Shown: positions 35,101 to 43,974 of the stretch, piece by piece
Position numbering within the stretch: the first letter of the stretch is position 1
Layout: each line of letters begins with the position of its first letter
Source: Myxococcales bacterium SG8_38
GTDB taxonomy: Bacteria > Myxococcota_A > Polyangia > Polyangiales > Houyiibacteriaceae
NCBI GenBank assembly: GCA_001303415.1
Contig: LJTN01000010.1
Span: 2,140-66,139 of the forward strand
DNA: 64,000 nucleotides
Direction: 5' to 3'
Notes under the pieces: generated by a model
Seen by the model: the letters and a program-made list of their open reading frames with translations, nothing else
Told to the model about the DNA's origin: nothing
Database searches by the model: none
Program-made: the position numbers and the translations under genes

Positions 35101-36795
35101 ATGACCCACACGCCCCAGCACTCTTGGAGCGCCATCGTGGCGGTACTTGCGATCCTACTCGTAGGCGCCGAAGAATGCTCGCGCACGCCGCAACCGTCGC
35201 CGATGGATCTCATTGCGCCGGATCGCCAGATTCACCCTGACTATGTACAAACGGTCGAGGGCGAGCCTTCGTTCGATTACCGGAACATCGATGGCACCGG
35301 AAACCACACCGTGCACTTCGAGCTGGGGGCTGCCAATACGACCTTTCGGCGAATCCTGCCCAACGAATACTCCGATCAGATTTCCGCCATGGCCGGCATC
35401 AACCGGCCCTCACCACGCGAGGTCAGCAACGTCGTCTGCGATCAAGGAGCGCCGGTTCCGAACGAGCTCGGGTCTAGTGACTTCCTCTGGCAGTGGGGGC
35501 AATTCCTCGACCACGACATCGACCTCACGGAGGGAAACGAGCCATTTGAGCCCGCGCACATTCTCCCAGAAACGGGAGACCCATTTTTCGATCCCGACAA
35601 TACGGGCCTTGCGCAGATCGAGTTTTTCAGGTCTCGCTCCCACGCGGGCACTGGCATCGACGCCACATATCCGCGGCAGCAAATGAACATGGTCACGCAC
35701 CACATCGATGCGTCCCACGTCTACGGCTCCGATCCCGTCCGCGCCGCGGCCCTGCGGACCAACGATGGAACCGGCCGGCTCAAAGTCAGTGCGGGCAACC
35801 TGCTACCGTTCAACATCGACGGGCTTCAGAATGCGGGGGGGAACGGCCCCGAACTCTTCGTAGCAGGGGACATCCGGGCAAACGAGCAGGTGGGTCTCAC
35901 CGCGATGCACACCCTTTTCGTGCGCGAGCACAATCGGCGTGCCGCGGAAATCGCCGCGAGTAATCCGAGTCTCTCCGGGGAAGAAATCTACCAGGAGGCG
36001 CGCCGTTACGTGGGCGCATTGATGCAGGGGATCACCTACAACGAGTTCTTGCCGGCTTTGCTCGGTCCCAATGCCTTGACGCCGTACACTGGGTACAAGG
36101 AGACGGTCAGCCCGGCCATCTTCACTTGCTTCTCCGCGGCAGCGTTCAGGTTTGGGCACAGCGCGGTGAGCGAAACCTTGCTCAGGCTGGAGGCCGATGG
36201 TCAGCCGAGCCCGTTTGGACACCTGCCGTTGAAGGATGCGTTCTTCGCGCCCGAGCGACTGGTCACCGAGGGTGGCATCGAGCCGATCCTCCGGGGTCTT
36301 GCGGCCCAAGAGATGTCCAAAATCGACGTGAAGGTCGTCGACGCTTTGCGGAATTTCTTGTTTGGCGATCCAACCGCAGGAGGCCTCGACCTGGTTTCGC
36401 TCAATCTTCAGCGCGGCCGGGACCACGGGTTGCCGGGCTACGTTGGAGCGCGAGTCGCGCGCGGCTTCGGTAATGTGAGCTCGTTTGCGCAAGTCAGCTC
36501 GGATCCCGAGGTCCAGTCGCTCCTGGCGGCCGTTTATCCAAGCGTAGAGTCCATCGACATGTGGGTCGGAGGGATTGCCGAGGATTCAGTCAACGGCGGA
36601 CACGTGGGACCCTTGGTATTCCACCTTCTCAAGGTTCAGTTCGAGTCACTTAGGAATGGCGACCGGTACTGGTACCAGTGGGATATGTCCGCCGCGGAGA
36701 TCGCCGAAATCGACGGCACGACGCTGGCCGACGTCATTCGGCGCAATACCACCATTGGAGCAGAGATCAGCGACGACGTGTTTCACGTCAACTGA
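35101..36795 (+). CDS. Animal haem peroxidase family protein (peroxidase-cyclooxygenase superfamily)
   Basis: FLWQWGQFLDHDIDL (distal His), FRFGHSAV (proximal His), LQRGRDHGLPGY, signal-anchor N-terminus. ATG 35101. Confidence 0.85.
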   Translation: MTHTPQHSWSAIVAVLAILLVGAEECSRTPQPSPMDLIAPDRQIHPDYVQTVEGEPSFDYRNIDGTGNHTVHFELGAANTTFRRILPNEYSDQISAMAGINRPSPREVSNVVCDQGAPVPNELGSSDFLWQWGQFLDHDIDLTEGNEPFEPAHILPETGDPFFDPDNTGLAQIEFFRSRSHAGTGIDATYPRQQMNMVTHHIDASHVYGSDPVRAAALRTNDGTGRLKVSAGNLLPFNIDGLQNAGGNGPELFVAGDIRANEQVGLTAMHTLFVREHNRRAAEIAASNPSLSGEEIYQEARRYVGALMQGITYNEFLPALLGPNALTPYTGYKETVSPAIFTCFSAAAFRFGHSAVSETLLRLEADGQPSPFGHLPLKDAFFAPERLVTEGGIEPILRGLAAQEMSKIDVKVVDALRNFLFGDPTAGGLDLVSLNLQRGRDHGLPGYVGARVARGFGNVSSFAQVSSDPEVQSLLAAVYPSVESIDMWVGGIAEDSVNGGHVGPLVFHLLKVQFESLRNGDRYWYQWDMSAAEIAEIDGTTLADVIRRNTTIGAEISDDVFHVN

Positions 36796-36857
36796 TCACG
36801 ATTTTTTCGCAACGCCCTGGAGGGCAGGGACGAGCCATCGTAGGCTAGCCGAGTCCG

Positions 36858-37616
36858 ATGCAAGAAGGCTTGGTTACGGCACTGTTGTGGCTTCTGTTTG
36901 GCGGCACACACGTCGGGCTGACCATGCCGCCCCTTCGAAGGCGCATGAGCAATGCCTTGGGTGAAGCTGGATTCGTCGTCCTTTACTCCGTCATCGCAAT
37001 CGCGACCTTCGCCGCGCTCGTGCACTATGTGGCCTTGCACCGGTGGGATGAGCCGCAAGCCGCCCTGTTGGTGACCATTCCGCCCGTTCGGGGTGCCCTC
37101 TTTGGGCTTTCCGTCGCCGGGTTCTCGCTCTTCATCGCGGCGGTTCTCGTCTATCCACGTCTCCCGATGGCCACCTTCCGCCATCGCGTGACCCCCGTGC
37201 GCGGCATCCAACAGATAACGCGTCATCCGTTTTTTTCGGGTATTGCGATCTGGGCTGCAGCCCATTCATTGCTCGCGCCGTCGCAGGTGACGTTCGTGTT
37301 TTTCATCGGCGTCGTCGCGCTGGCGTTCGTCGGGGCGATTCACCAAGATCGACGACTGATCGCCGAGCTGGGGGAGCCCTATCGCGCGTATGTGGCGGCG
37401 ACTTCGTTCTGGCCCTTGGTGGCTGTGCTCACCAAGCGTCAGCGCATCCGTTGGCGAGAGCAGCCCTGGCTTGCCTACGGCGTAGGCATCGGCGCGAGCC
37501 TCGGGCTCTACCAGGTCCATGACCACATCTTCGATCACGGCGGGGTCTACGTGATCGGCGTGGTTAGCCTTGGCTCGATCCTCGCGATCGTGAGCTCACG
37601 CTTCAGAGCGGGTTGA
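36858..37616 (+). CDS. NnrU family membrane protein
   Basis: Polytopic membrane protein with GIQQITRHPFFSGIAIWAAAH, characteristic of the NnrU family. Confidence 0.7.
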   Translation: MQEGLVTALLWLLFGGTHVGLTMPPLRRRMSNALGEAGFVVLYSVIAIATFAALVHYVALHRWDEPQAALLVTIPPVRGALFGLSVAGFSLFIAAVLVYPRLPMATFRHRVTPVRGIQQITRHPFFSGIAIWAAAHSLLAPSQVTFVFFIGVVALAFVGAIHQDRRLIAELGEPYRAYVAATSFWPLVAVLTKRQRIRWREQPWLAYGVGIGASLGLYQVHDHIFDHGGVYVIGVVSLGSILAIVSSRFRAG

Positions 37617-37671
37617 CATCGAAGCCGCGCCCACCAGTAATAGCTCTTCCGGTGAAAAGGAAACGGCCGAG

Positions 37672-39165
37672 GTGTTCGACGACTATCTCCACCATGATGC
37701 GCTCGGTCTTGCCGAGCTGATCCGCAAGCGCGAGGTTCATCCAAAGGAAGTCGTCGAGGCGGCCATCTTGCGCGCGGAGAAGATCAACCCCGAGCTCAAC
37801 GCAATCGTGACACCGCTCTATGACTATGCGCATGAGCGGGTCCGACGAGATCTCTCGGGACCCTTCGCCGGTGTTCCCTTCCTACTCAAGGACGTTCACC
37901 ACGCCCTCGAGGGGACGCCGATGAGCAACGGCAGCCGGTTGCATCAGGGCGAGGTGTCGTCCTTCACCGCCGAGATCGTCCGCCGATTCCTGAATGCCGG
38001 CCTGGTCGTGTTCGGCAAGACCAATACGCCCGAGTACAAGGCCTCGGTGTTCACGGTGCCGAAAGCGTGGGGCGCCACCCGCAATCCCTGGGACGTCACG
38101 CGGTCGGCCGGTGGCTCGAGCGGGGGGTCGGCGGCGGCCGTCGCAGCCGGGATCGTTCCCATGGCCTCGGCCACCGACGAGGGCGGCTCCATTCGAATGC
38201 CCGCGTCGGCCTGTGGCGTCTTTGGTCTCAAGCCGAGCCGCGGACGAAATCCCGTGGGCCCCGACTTCATCTGGGAGGCCGAAGGGCTTTCGACCTCACA
38301 CGTCGTGAGCAGAAGCGTTCGTGATACCGCTGCAATGCTCGACGTGACCCAAGGTCTTGAGCCGGGCTCCTCCTACGCTGCGCCCGCACCGCCCACGGGG
38401 GGCTTCCTCGGCGCTGCAGAGCAGGATCCAGGCAAATTGCGTGTCGGTATTTCGACAGCGACCGAGGTCTTCGGCACCAAGATGGAGTCAGGCTGTCTCG
38501 ACGCGGTTCACGTAACTGGCAATCTTTTAGCGGACTTGGGGCACGATGTGGACGAGGTCGAGCTTCCCTACCACGAGTGGGAGGTGCTCCGGACGGTCGT
38601 TTTGCTCATGGCTGCCAATGCCGCGGTCCTGGTGTCGCGCCTCGAGGCCAAGTACGGCCGATCCAAGGTTCGAGGATCGCTCGAGGAGGTGACGCTGCTC
38701 CTCGCGCGGACCGGACGAGCGATGTCCGCCGAGGAGCTCGCATCCAGTCGGCTGTCGGCCCGCCAGGTTGGGCTCGCCGTGTGCCGATTCTTCGACCACT
38801 ACGACATCCTGGTGACGCCCACCCTCGGCCGGATCCCGGTTCGCCTCGAGAAGACCGAGCCCACGGCTGGCGAGCAGAGGCTGCTCCGATTTCTGGTGTC
38901 TCCCGCGGCGGCGGGGGTGTTCCGTGTTCCTCGGCTTCGTGAGCGCGTCCTCGATGCGCAGCTCGAGACCTTCTCTCAGCAGGTGCTGCATCGGACGATG
39001 GTCGCCAATCTGACCGGGATTCCGGCCATGTCCGTGCCCTTACATCGCACCGAGAACGAGCTGCCGGTGGGCGTTCAGTTCCTCGGTCGCTATGGAGATG
39101 AGGTCACTCTCCTGCGGCTTGCGACCCAGCTCGAGCGAGCGATGCCCTGGCGTTTGCGCAGCTGA
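37672..39165 (+). CDS. Amidase (amidase-signature family)
   Basis: [14 protein letters not shown]...[26 protein letters not shown] signature. GTG start. Confidence 0.9.
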   Translation: MFDDYLHHDALGLAELIRKREVHPKEVVEAAILRAEKINPELNAIVTPLYDYAHERVRRDLSGPFAGVPFLLKDVHHALEGTPMSNGSRLHQGEVSSFTAEIVRRFLNAGLVVFGKTNTPEYKASVFTVPKAWGATRNPWDVTRSAGGSSGGSAAAVAAGIVPMASATDEGGSIRMPASACGVFGLKPSRGRNPVGPDFIWEAEGLSTSHVVSRSVRDTAAMLDVTQGLEPGSSYAAPAPPTGGFLGAAEQDPGKLRVGISTATEVFGTKMESGCLDAVHVTGNLLADLGHDVDEVELPYHEWEVLRTVVLLMAANAAVLVSRLEAKYGRSKVRGSLEEVTLLLARTGRAMSAEELASSRLSARQVGLAVCRFFDHYDILVTPTLGRIPVRLEKTEPTAGEQRLLRFLVSPAAAGVFRVPRLRERVLDAQLETFSQQVLHRTMVANLTGIPAMSVPLHRTENELPVGVQFLGRYGDEVTLLRLATQLERAMPWRLRS

Positions 39166-39185
39166 TTGTTCGCATCGCAAGAGGC

Positions 39186-40421
39186 TCAGGAGGGGCGATG
39201 ATCCGCGCAGTGCGCGGTCGCCGTGGCGAGCGCCACCGGGCGTAGGTCCCCCGGAATTCGGCCTCCGAAACAATTGGTCACGATCGCGACGCCGAGCTGG
39301 CGTTCCGGGTCTGCCCACGCCCCCGAGCCTCCGAACCCAAAGTGTCCGAATGCGTGGGGGTTGGGGAGACCGACATCCACGGTACGACCGCCCCAGGACA
39401 GACGGAGGCCGAGCGACACGGGACGCATGTAACCGACCTTGAATCGCAGCGGGAAGGGTATCACGCGGCCGATCGGTGCATTCTGGTCCTCCGTGGCCTC
39501 GGCGAGCGATTTGGCGGAAAGCAGACGTACTCCGTCCAGCGCTCCTCCTCGGCTGAGGGCGCCGTAGAGCCGAGCCAGCGAGCGAGCATTGAACACGCCG
39601 TTGCCGGAAGGGATGGTCGAAGTGAGCCAGCGGGGGTCGCCGAGAACACTTCCGAGCCCCGGCGGAATCATGGCGTCGATAGCCTGGCCCAAGGCCGAAT
39701 GCCAACGTAGGGTGGTCCACGCGGAACGCCGGACTCTCGCTCGCACGCCGCGCGGGCGTCCCTGGAGCGCCTTGCGGGGAATCTTCGGAATCAGAAGCTC
39801 CGCGACTCGCGGAAGCTCGCTTTCGGGTAGCCCCATGTAGAGGCCATCGAGCCCCAGCGGGTCAGCTAGGTATTCCTTGATCAACTCGGGGAAACGCTTG
39901 GACGTCACGCGCTGGAGCACCTCGCCGATGATCCAACCGCCGGTCCATGCATGATAGCCAAAATCCGTATCCGGCTTGTGCACGGGCCACATGTCCTCGA
40001 TCACGCGGATCATGTGATCCCAGTCGAACATCTCCTCGGCCGAGTCGATGACACGCGCAATCGAGTAGAGGCCTGCACGATGAGAAGCTGCTTGCCGAAT
40101 CGTGATGCTTCCCTTTCCGTTCCTGGCGAATTCGGGCCAGTACCTCGCCACGGGCGCGTCGAGCTCGACGAAGCCGCGATCGACCATCTGATGCAGCAGC
40201 GTCGCCATGACCCCCTTGCCGGTGGACATGCTCAACGCGAGCGTCCGCGGCTCGAATGGGTTGCCGCGTCGATCCCTCGTGCCGCATGCGAGATCTGCGA
40301 CGAGCTCGCCGCGATGATAGACGGCGATGGCAACACCGCCAGGCCCGTGCATCGGGACACACCACCTCACCACGTCGCGCAGCGAGCGAAAATCGGGATG
40401 GCTGTAACCACGGACTTGCAT
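39186..40421 (-). CDS. Serine hydrolase, beta-lactamase/esterase (class C-like) family
   Basis: SxxK motif SMSTGK, YHAWTGGW, and a GFGGSG-type C-terminal motif. Confidence 0.85.
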   Translation of the reverse strand: MQVRGYSHPDFRSLRDVVRWCVPMHGPGGVAIAVYHRGELVADLACGTRDRRGNPFEPRTLALSMSTGKGVMATLLHQMVDRGFVELDAPVARYWPEFARNGKGSITIRQAASHRAGLYSIARVIDSAEEMFDWDHMIRVIEDMWPVHKPDTDFGYHAWTGGWIIGEVLQRVTSKRFPELIKEYLADPLGLDGLYMGLPESELPRVAELLIPKIPRKALQGRPRGVRARVRRSAWTTLRWHSALGQAIDAMIPPGLGSVLGDPRWLTSTIPSGNGVFNARSLARLYGALSRGGALDGVRLLSAKSLAEATEDQNAPIGRVIPFPLRFKVGYMRPVSLGLRLSWGGRTVDVGLPNPHAFGHFGFGGSGAWADPERQLGVAIVTNCFGGRIPGDLRPVALATATAHCADHRPS

Positions 40422-40427
40422 GGGGTG

Positions 40428-41633
40428 TCAGGAGGCGACCTCGATCTCGCGCAAGAAGCGCAAGGCGCGTTGCGTCACCCGGCCCTTGTCGAAGTATAGA
40501 ATGTGGCCGCCGCAGCTCCAGTACGCCTGCGGACGACCGAAGTGCTCCCACAGTGCCTCGGTGTGCACCGCAGGAATGATTCCGTCGTTCACGCTGGCGA
40601 CGAGGAGCACGCGCTCTGCCGGAACTCTCAGAGCGTGGGACAAGGGCGTGAAGGGAGCGAGGATCTTCCGAAGCTCGCGGATCATCATGGCCGGCTCGTC
40701 GATCGATTGCTCGAAGAACTGACGCGTGGGCCAGCTCATCACCAGGTCTGCGATGCTCACCACCGGCGCAACGCTCACGATGAAATCGATGCGCGGCTCG
40801 AGACACGCCAGCATCGACGCGTGAAAGCCGCCCCAGCTGTAACCCATGATCCCCACCTTGGGCGCGCCGCGCCGCAACAGATGGTCGATCAGAATGCGCA
40901 GATCCATCACGCCTTGGGCACAAGCCTCGCTCAAGCGCCACAACGACGGCTGAATGATCGCGGTGCCATGGTACGCCGCCGACCGCGGCATGCGTCCGCC
41001 GTGGAGCGGCAGGTTCATGAACACCACGTCGAGCCCGGCATCGTAGAACCTCTGCGCCGAAAACCACATCTTGTTGATTCGATAGTCCGGGGCCGAAAAG
41101 CCGTGGAGAAAGATGACGACGGGCCGAGGCCCGTTCTGATGAAACCAGCCGCGAGACTCTACGCGTTCGTTGGGCTCGAGCGCTGCATACTCGTCGCGGA
41201 AGCGAGGATCGAGCGTCTCGAACGGGCTGTAGAAGTCGATGCTTGCCAGGCTCGCGCTCTTCGGGTCCCAAGATCGCCGTCGCGTAGCACGCTCGACCAC
41301 CGAGTGTTTCGCGGGCGGCGGCACGAAGGCGCTGCCCGGCTCATCCAAGAAACGTCGCTGCGAGTAGAACGCGTGATAGTCGATGTACTCCTGCAACGTC
41401 GTATCGGACAAATGCGGCTGAATCTTGTGCTTGAACGGAATCGACATCACCGCCGCAGCCACGCGGTCGAGCCCGTGCGCGAGCTTGCCCAGAGCCGCGC
41501 ATGCCTCGCTGCTCTTTCGACGGAAGGCGTGCGCTGAAAAGTCGGCGCAGAGAGCCTCGATCCACGCGGTGCCCGACTCCCCCGGTACGGCGCTTGGAAA
41601 CGAATTGTTGTGGGGGTGATGAATCGCGGACAC
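40428..41633 (-). CDS. Alpha/beta hydrolase
   Basis: Nucleophile elbow GYSWGG, VVIFLHGF. GTG 41633 is preceded by AAGGGAGG 4 nt upstream. Trimmed from ORF 40428-41819. Confidence 0.75.
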   Translation of the reverse strand: MSAIHHPHNNSFPSAVPGESGTAWIEALCADFSAHAFRRKSSEACAALGKLAHGLDRVAAAVMSIPFKHKIQPHLSDTTLQEYIDYHAFYSQRRFLDEPGSAFVPPPAKHSVVERATRRRSWDPKSASLASIDFYSPFETLDPRFRDEYAALEPNERVESRGWFHQNGPRPVVIFLHGFSAPDYRINKMWFSAQRFYDAGLDVVFMNLPLHGGRMPRSAAYHGTAIIQPSLWRLSEACAQGVMDLRILIDHLLRRGAPKVGIMGYSWGGFHASMLACLEPRIDFIVSVAPVVSIADLVMSWPTRQFFEQSIDEPAMMIRELRKILAPFTPLSHALRVPAERVLLVASVNDGIIPAVHTEALWEHFGRPQAYWSCGGHILYFDKGRVTQRALRFLREIEVAS

Positions 41634-41743
41634 AAAGCCTCCCTTGCTGGGGCACGGCGCCGAAGCGGCATCATGCAAATGGGGTGCCGTTCTTCGGCAG
41701 GTTCGTCTTTTCGTATGAGATCCGCGACTTTCTGGCATCAGCA

Positions 41744-41760
41744 GGCGCAGAAACTGCGCC
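41744..41760. promoter_or_regulatory. Perfect 7-3-7 palindrome GGCGCAG-AAA-CTGCGCC in a divergent promoter region
   Basis: Read directly. Lies 80 nt upstream of the aminotransferase ATG and 111 nt from the hydrolase GTG. Candidate operator or RNA hairpin. Confidence 0.25.
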
Positions 41761-41839
41761 GATCGGGCACTTGTGCGCAGCCGTTTCGTGGGGGCGCGAG
41801 TCGAGCGCCTAGACGCCATGGCTCGGGTACACTGCGCTC

Positions 41840-43069
41840 ATGTCCACGAAGCCGCCTGAGCAACCCTTCGAAACGTTCGACCAGCTCGCCGAGGTCTTTC
41901 GGGAGCACGTCGCCCCCAACAAGCTCGCCTACTACCAGCGGATGGGCCTTCAGCTGGTGATGGGCAAGAGGGAGGGCATTTGGTTCGAAGATGCATATAC
42001 GAGGCTTCGTTTCATCAACTGCCACTGCAATGGCGGCGTCTTCAGCCTGGGGCACTGCAATCCACGCGTGACGGCGGCCGTGTCGAATGCGCTTGGCGCG
42101 CTCGACATCGGCAATCACCACTTCTTGTCCGGCCAGCGGGCGCAGCTCGCATCGCGGTTGTCTGCCACGTTCGATCACGCGCTGCCGCGGGTCGTGTTTG
42201 GCGTGTCGGGCGGAGAAGCCATCGACCTGGCCATCAAGGCCGCGCGGGGCGCCACCGGGCGCCTCGGGATCGTGTCCGTGCGCGGTGGGTACCACGGTCA
42301 CACCGGGCTCGCCATGGCAGCTGGTGACGCCGCATTTCGAGATCCGTTTGGTCCGAACCTGCCGGGCTTCGTGCAGGTACCCTTCAATGACGTGGAGGCC
42401 ATGGACGCGGCGATCGGCGACCAGACTGCGGCGGTCCTCATCGAGGCGGTCCCCGCGACCCTCGGCATGCCGATTCCGGAGCCGGGATACTTCGGCGCGA
42501 TTCGCAGGCTTTGCGACGAGCGTGGCGTGCGATTGCTCGTCGACGAGGTTCAAACGGGGCTCGGCCGAACCGGTGCGTGGTGGGGCATCCAGCATGAATC
42601 GGTGATCCCGGACGCCATCATCACGGGGAAGGGCCTTTCGGGCGGCATCTATCCGATCACGGCTACGCTTCTCACTCGCGAGATGCACGAGACCATCGAT
42701 AGCGAAGCAAATCCTTTCGTTCACATCTCAACCTACGGGGGCTCCGAGCTCGGCTGCGTCGCCGCGCAGGCGGTGCTCGACATCGTCGGAGAGCCGGGAT
42801 TCTTGGAGCGAGTGATGACGCTTTCCGCACGGTTGGACGACGCCTTCGCTCCGCTTCCCTTCGAGCTGCGACGTCGCGGGCTCTTCATGGGGCTCGGATT
42901 TCAGAGTGAGATGGAGGCTCTCGGCGCCCTGATGCGGATTCTGCAGCAGGGCGTCTTCTGCTTCCCCGCCGGCAATGATCGACGCGTGCTCCAGTTCTTG
43001 CCGCCGCTCATCTTGGGCGACGAAGAGTGCGAGGACTTGATCGAACGAATGATCAAGGCGTTTGCGTGA
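41840..43069 (+). CDS. Class-III (ornithine/GABA-type) PLP-dependent aminotransferase-fold enzyme
   Basis: GVSGGEAIDLAIK, YHGHT, LLVDEVQTGLGRTG, PLP-lysine context ITGKGLSGG. Confidence 0.88.
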   Translation: MSTKPPEQPFETFDQLAEVFREHVAPNKLAYYQRMGLQLVMGKREGIWFEDAYTRLRFINCHCNGGVFSLGHCNPRVTAAVSNALGALDIGNHHFLSGQRAQLASRLSATFDHALPRVVFGVSGGEAIDLAIKAARGATGRLGIVSVRGGYHGHTGLAMAAGDAAFRDPFGPNLPGFVQVPFNDVEAMDAAIGDQTAAVLIEAVPATLGMPIPEPGYFGAIRRLCDERGVRLLVDEVQTGLGRTGAWWGIQHESVIPDAIITGKGLSGGIYPITATLLTREMHETIDSEANPFVHISTYGGSELGCVAAQAVLDIVGEPGFLERVMTLSARLDDAFAPLPFELRRRGLFMGLGFQSEMEALGALMRILQQGVFCFPAGNDRRVLQFLPPLILGDEECEDLIERMIKAFA

Positions 43070-43974
43070 TGCCGCTGGTCAGCAGGTCCGAGATCGAAGA
43101 GCTCGAAAAGCAGCTGGAGCGCGCTGCGCGAGATGGCCACACCGAGGACTTGAGCATCATCGGCTATGGGGAAGTCACCATCGCGGTGAAGCTCGGCACC
43201 AGCCACGGTGACTTCGCCTGCAAGCGATTGGTTCCATTTTCCACGGCTGGAGCTGCGCGACGTACCGCGGCTCTCATCGCGTCGTACGTCGAGCAGCTCG
43301 AAGCATGCGGGATCGAAGTCGTGGAGACGGAAACGCCGATTCTGGAAAGCAACCGGGGTCACGTGCTCTACTGCGTGCAACCGCTTCTTCGTCCCGGTAC
43401 GCTCGGTCCGGATTTTCTTCGCCACAAGACGGGCGAAGAGGCCGCGCCTTACGTTCGGCGAATCTTCGAGCACATCCGCGCATCGGTGACTCCGTCGCTT
43501 GCCCCGGACGGCCAGCTTTCGAACTGGGCCATCGAAGACGATCACCTTCGCTATCTCGACGTGGGCACGCCTTTCCTCCGAGACGAACGAGGCAGAGATC
43601 TGTTTGACTTCACCGAGCAGACGCGCGCGCTTCCGGGGCCGGTTCGTCTCATCGTGAACCGGTTCCTGTTGCGGGGGATCCTCGACAACTATCATTCGGT
43701 CCGCGGGCAGGCTTTGGACTTCTTGGGCAACCTCATCAAGGAAGGGCTCGCGAACTTGCTTCCGTCGCTGACTCCGGTTGCGAACGAGGTCTTCGATTTG
43801 GATCCGCAGATCACCGAACGAGAGGTGAGAGCACACTACAAGAGCGATGCGCAAACGTATGCGTTCGTGCAGGCCGCGCGCCGCGCCGACCGATGGGTCT
43901 ACCGCAACCTGCTCAGAAGGCCTTACCCGTACCTGCTGCCGCCTCGGATCGACCGGTTCGGTCAGGGCTCGTAG
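43069..43974 (+). CDS. Protein-kinase-like fold protein (putative small-molecule kinase)
   Basis: GYGEVT Gly-loop, ACKRL (beta-3 Lys), DGQLSN (DxxxxN catalytic loop), LDVG (DFG-like). ATG overlaps the aminotransferase stop (TGATG). Confidence 0.6.
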   Translation: MPLVSRSEIEELEKQLERAARDGHTEDLSIIGYGEVTIAVKLGTSHGDFACKRLVPFSTAGAARRTAALIASYVEQLEACGIEVVETETPILESNRGHVLYCVQPLLRPGTLGPDFLRHKTGEEAAPYVRRIFEHIRASVTPSLAPDGQLSNWAIEDDHLRYLDVGTPFLRDERGRDLFDFTEQTRALPGPVRLIVNRFLLRGILDNYHSVRGQALDFLGNLIKEGLANLLPSLTPVANEVFDLDPQITEREVRAHYKSDAQTYAFVQAARRADRWVYRNLLRRPYPYLLPPRIDRFGQGS

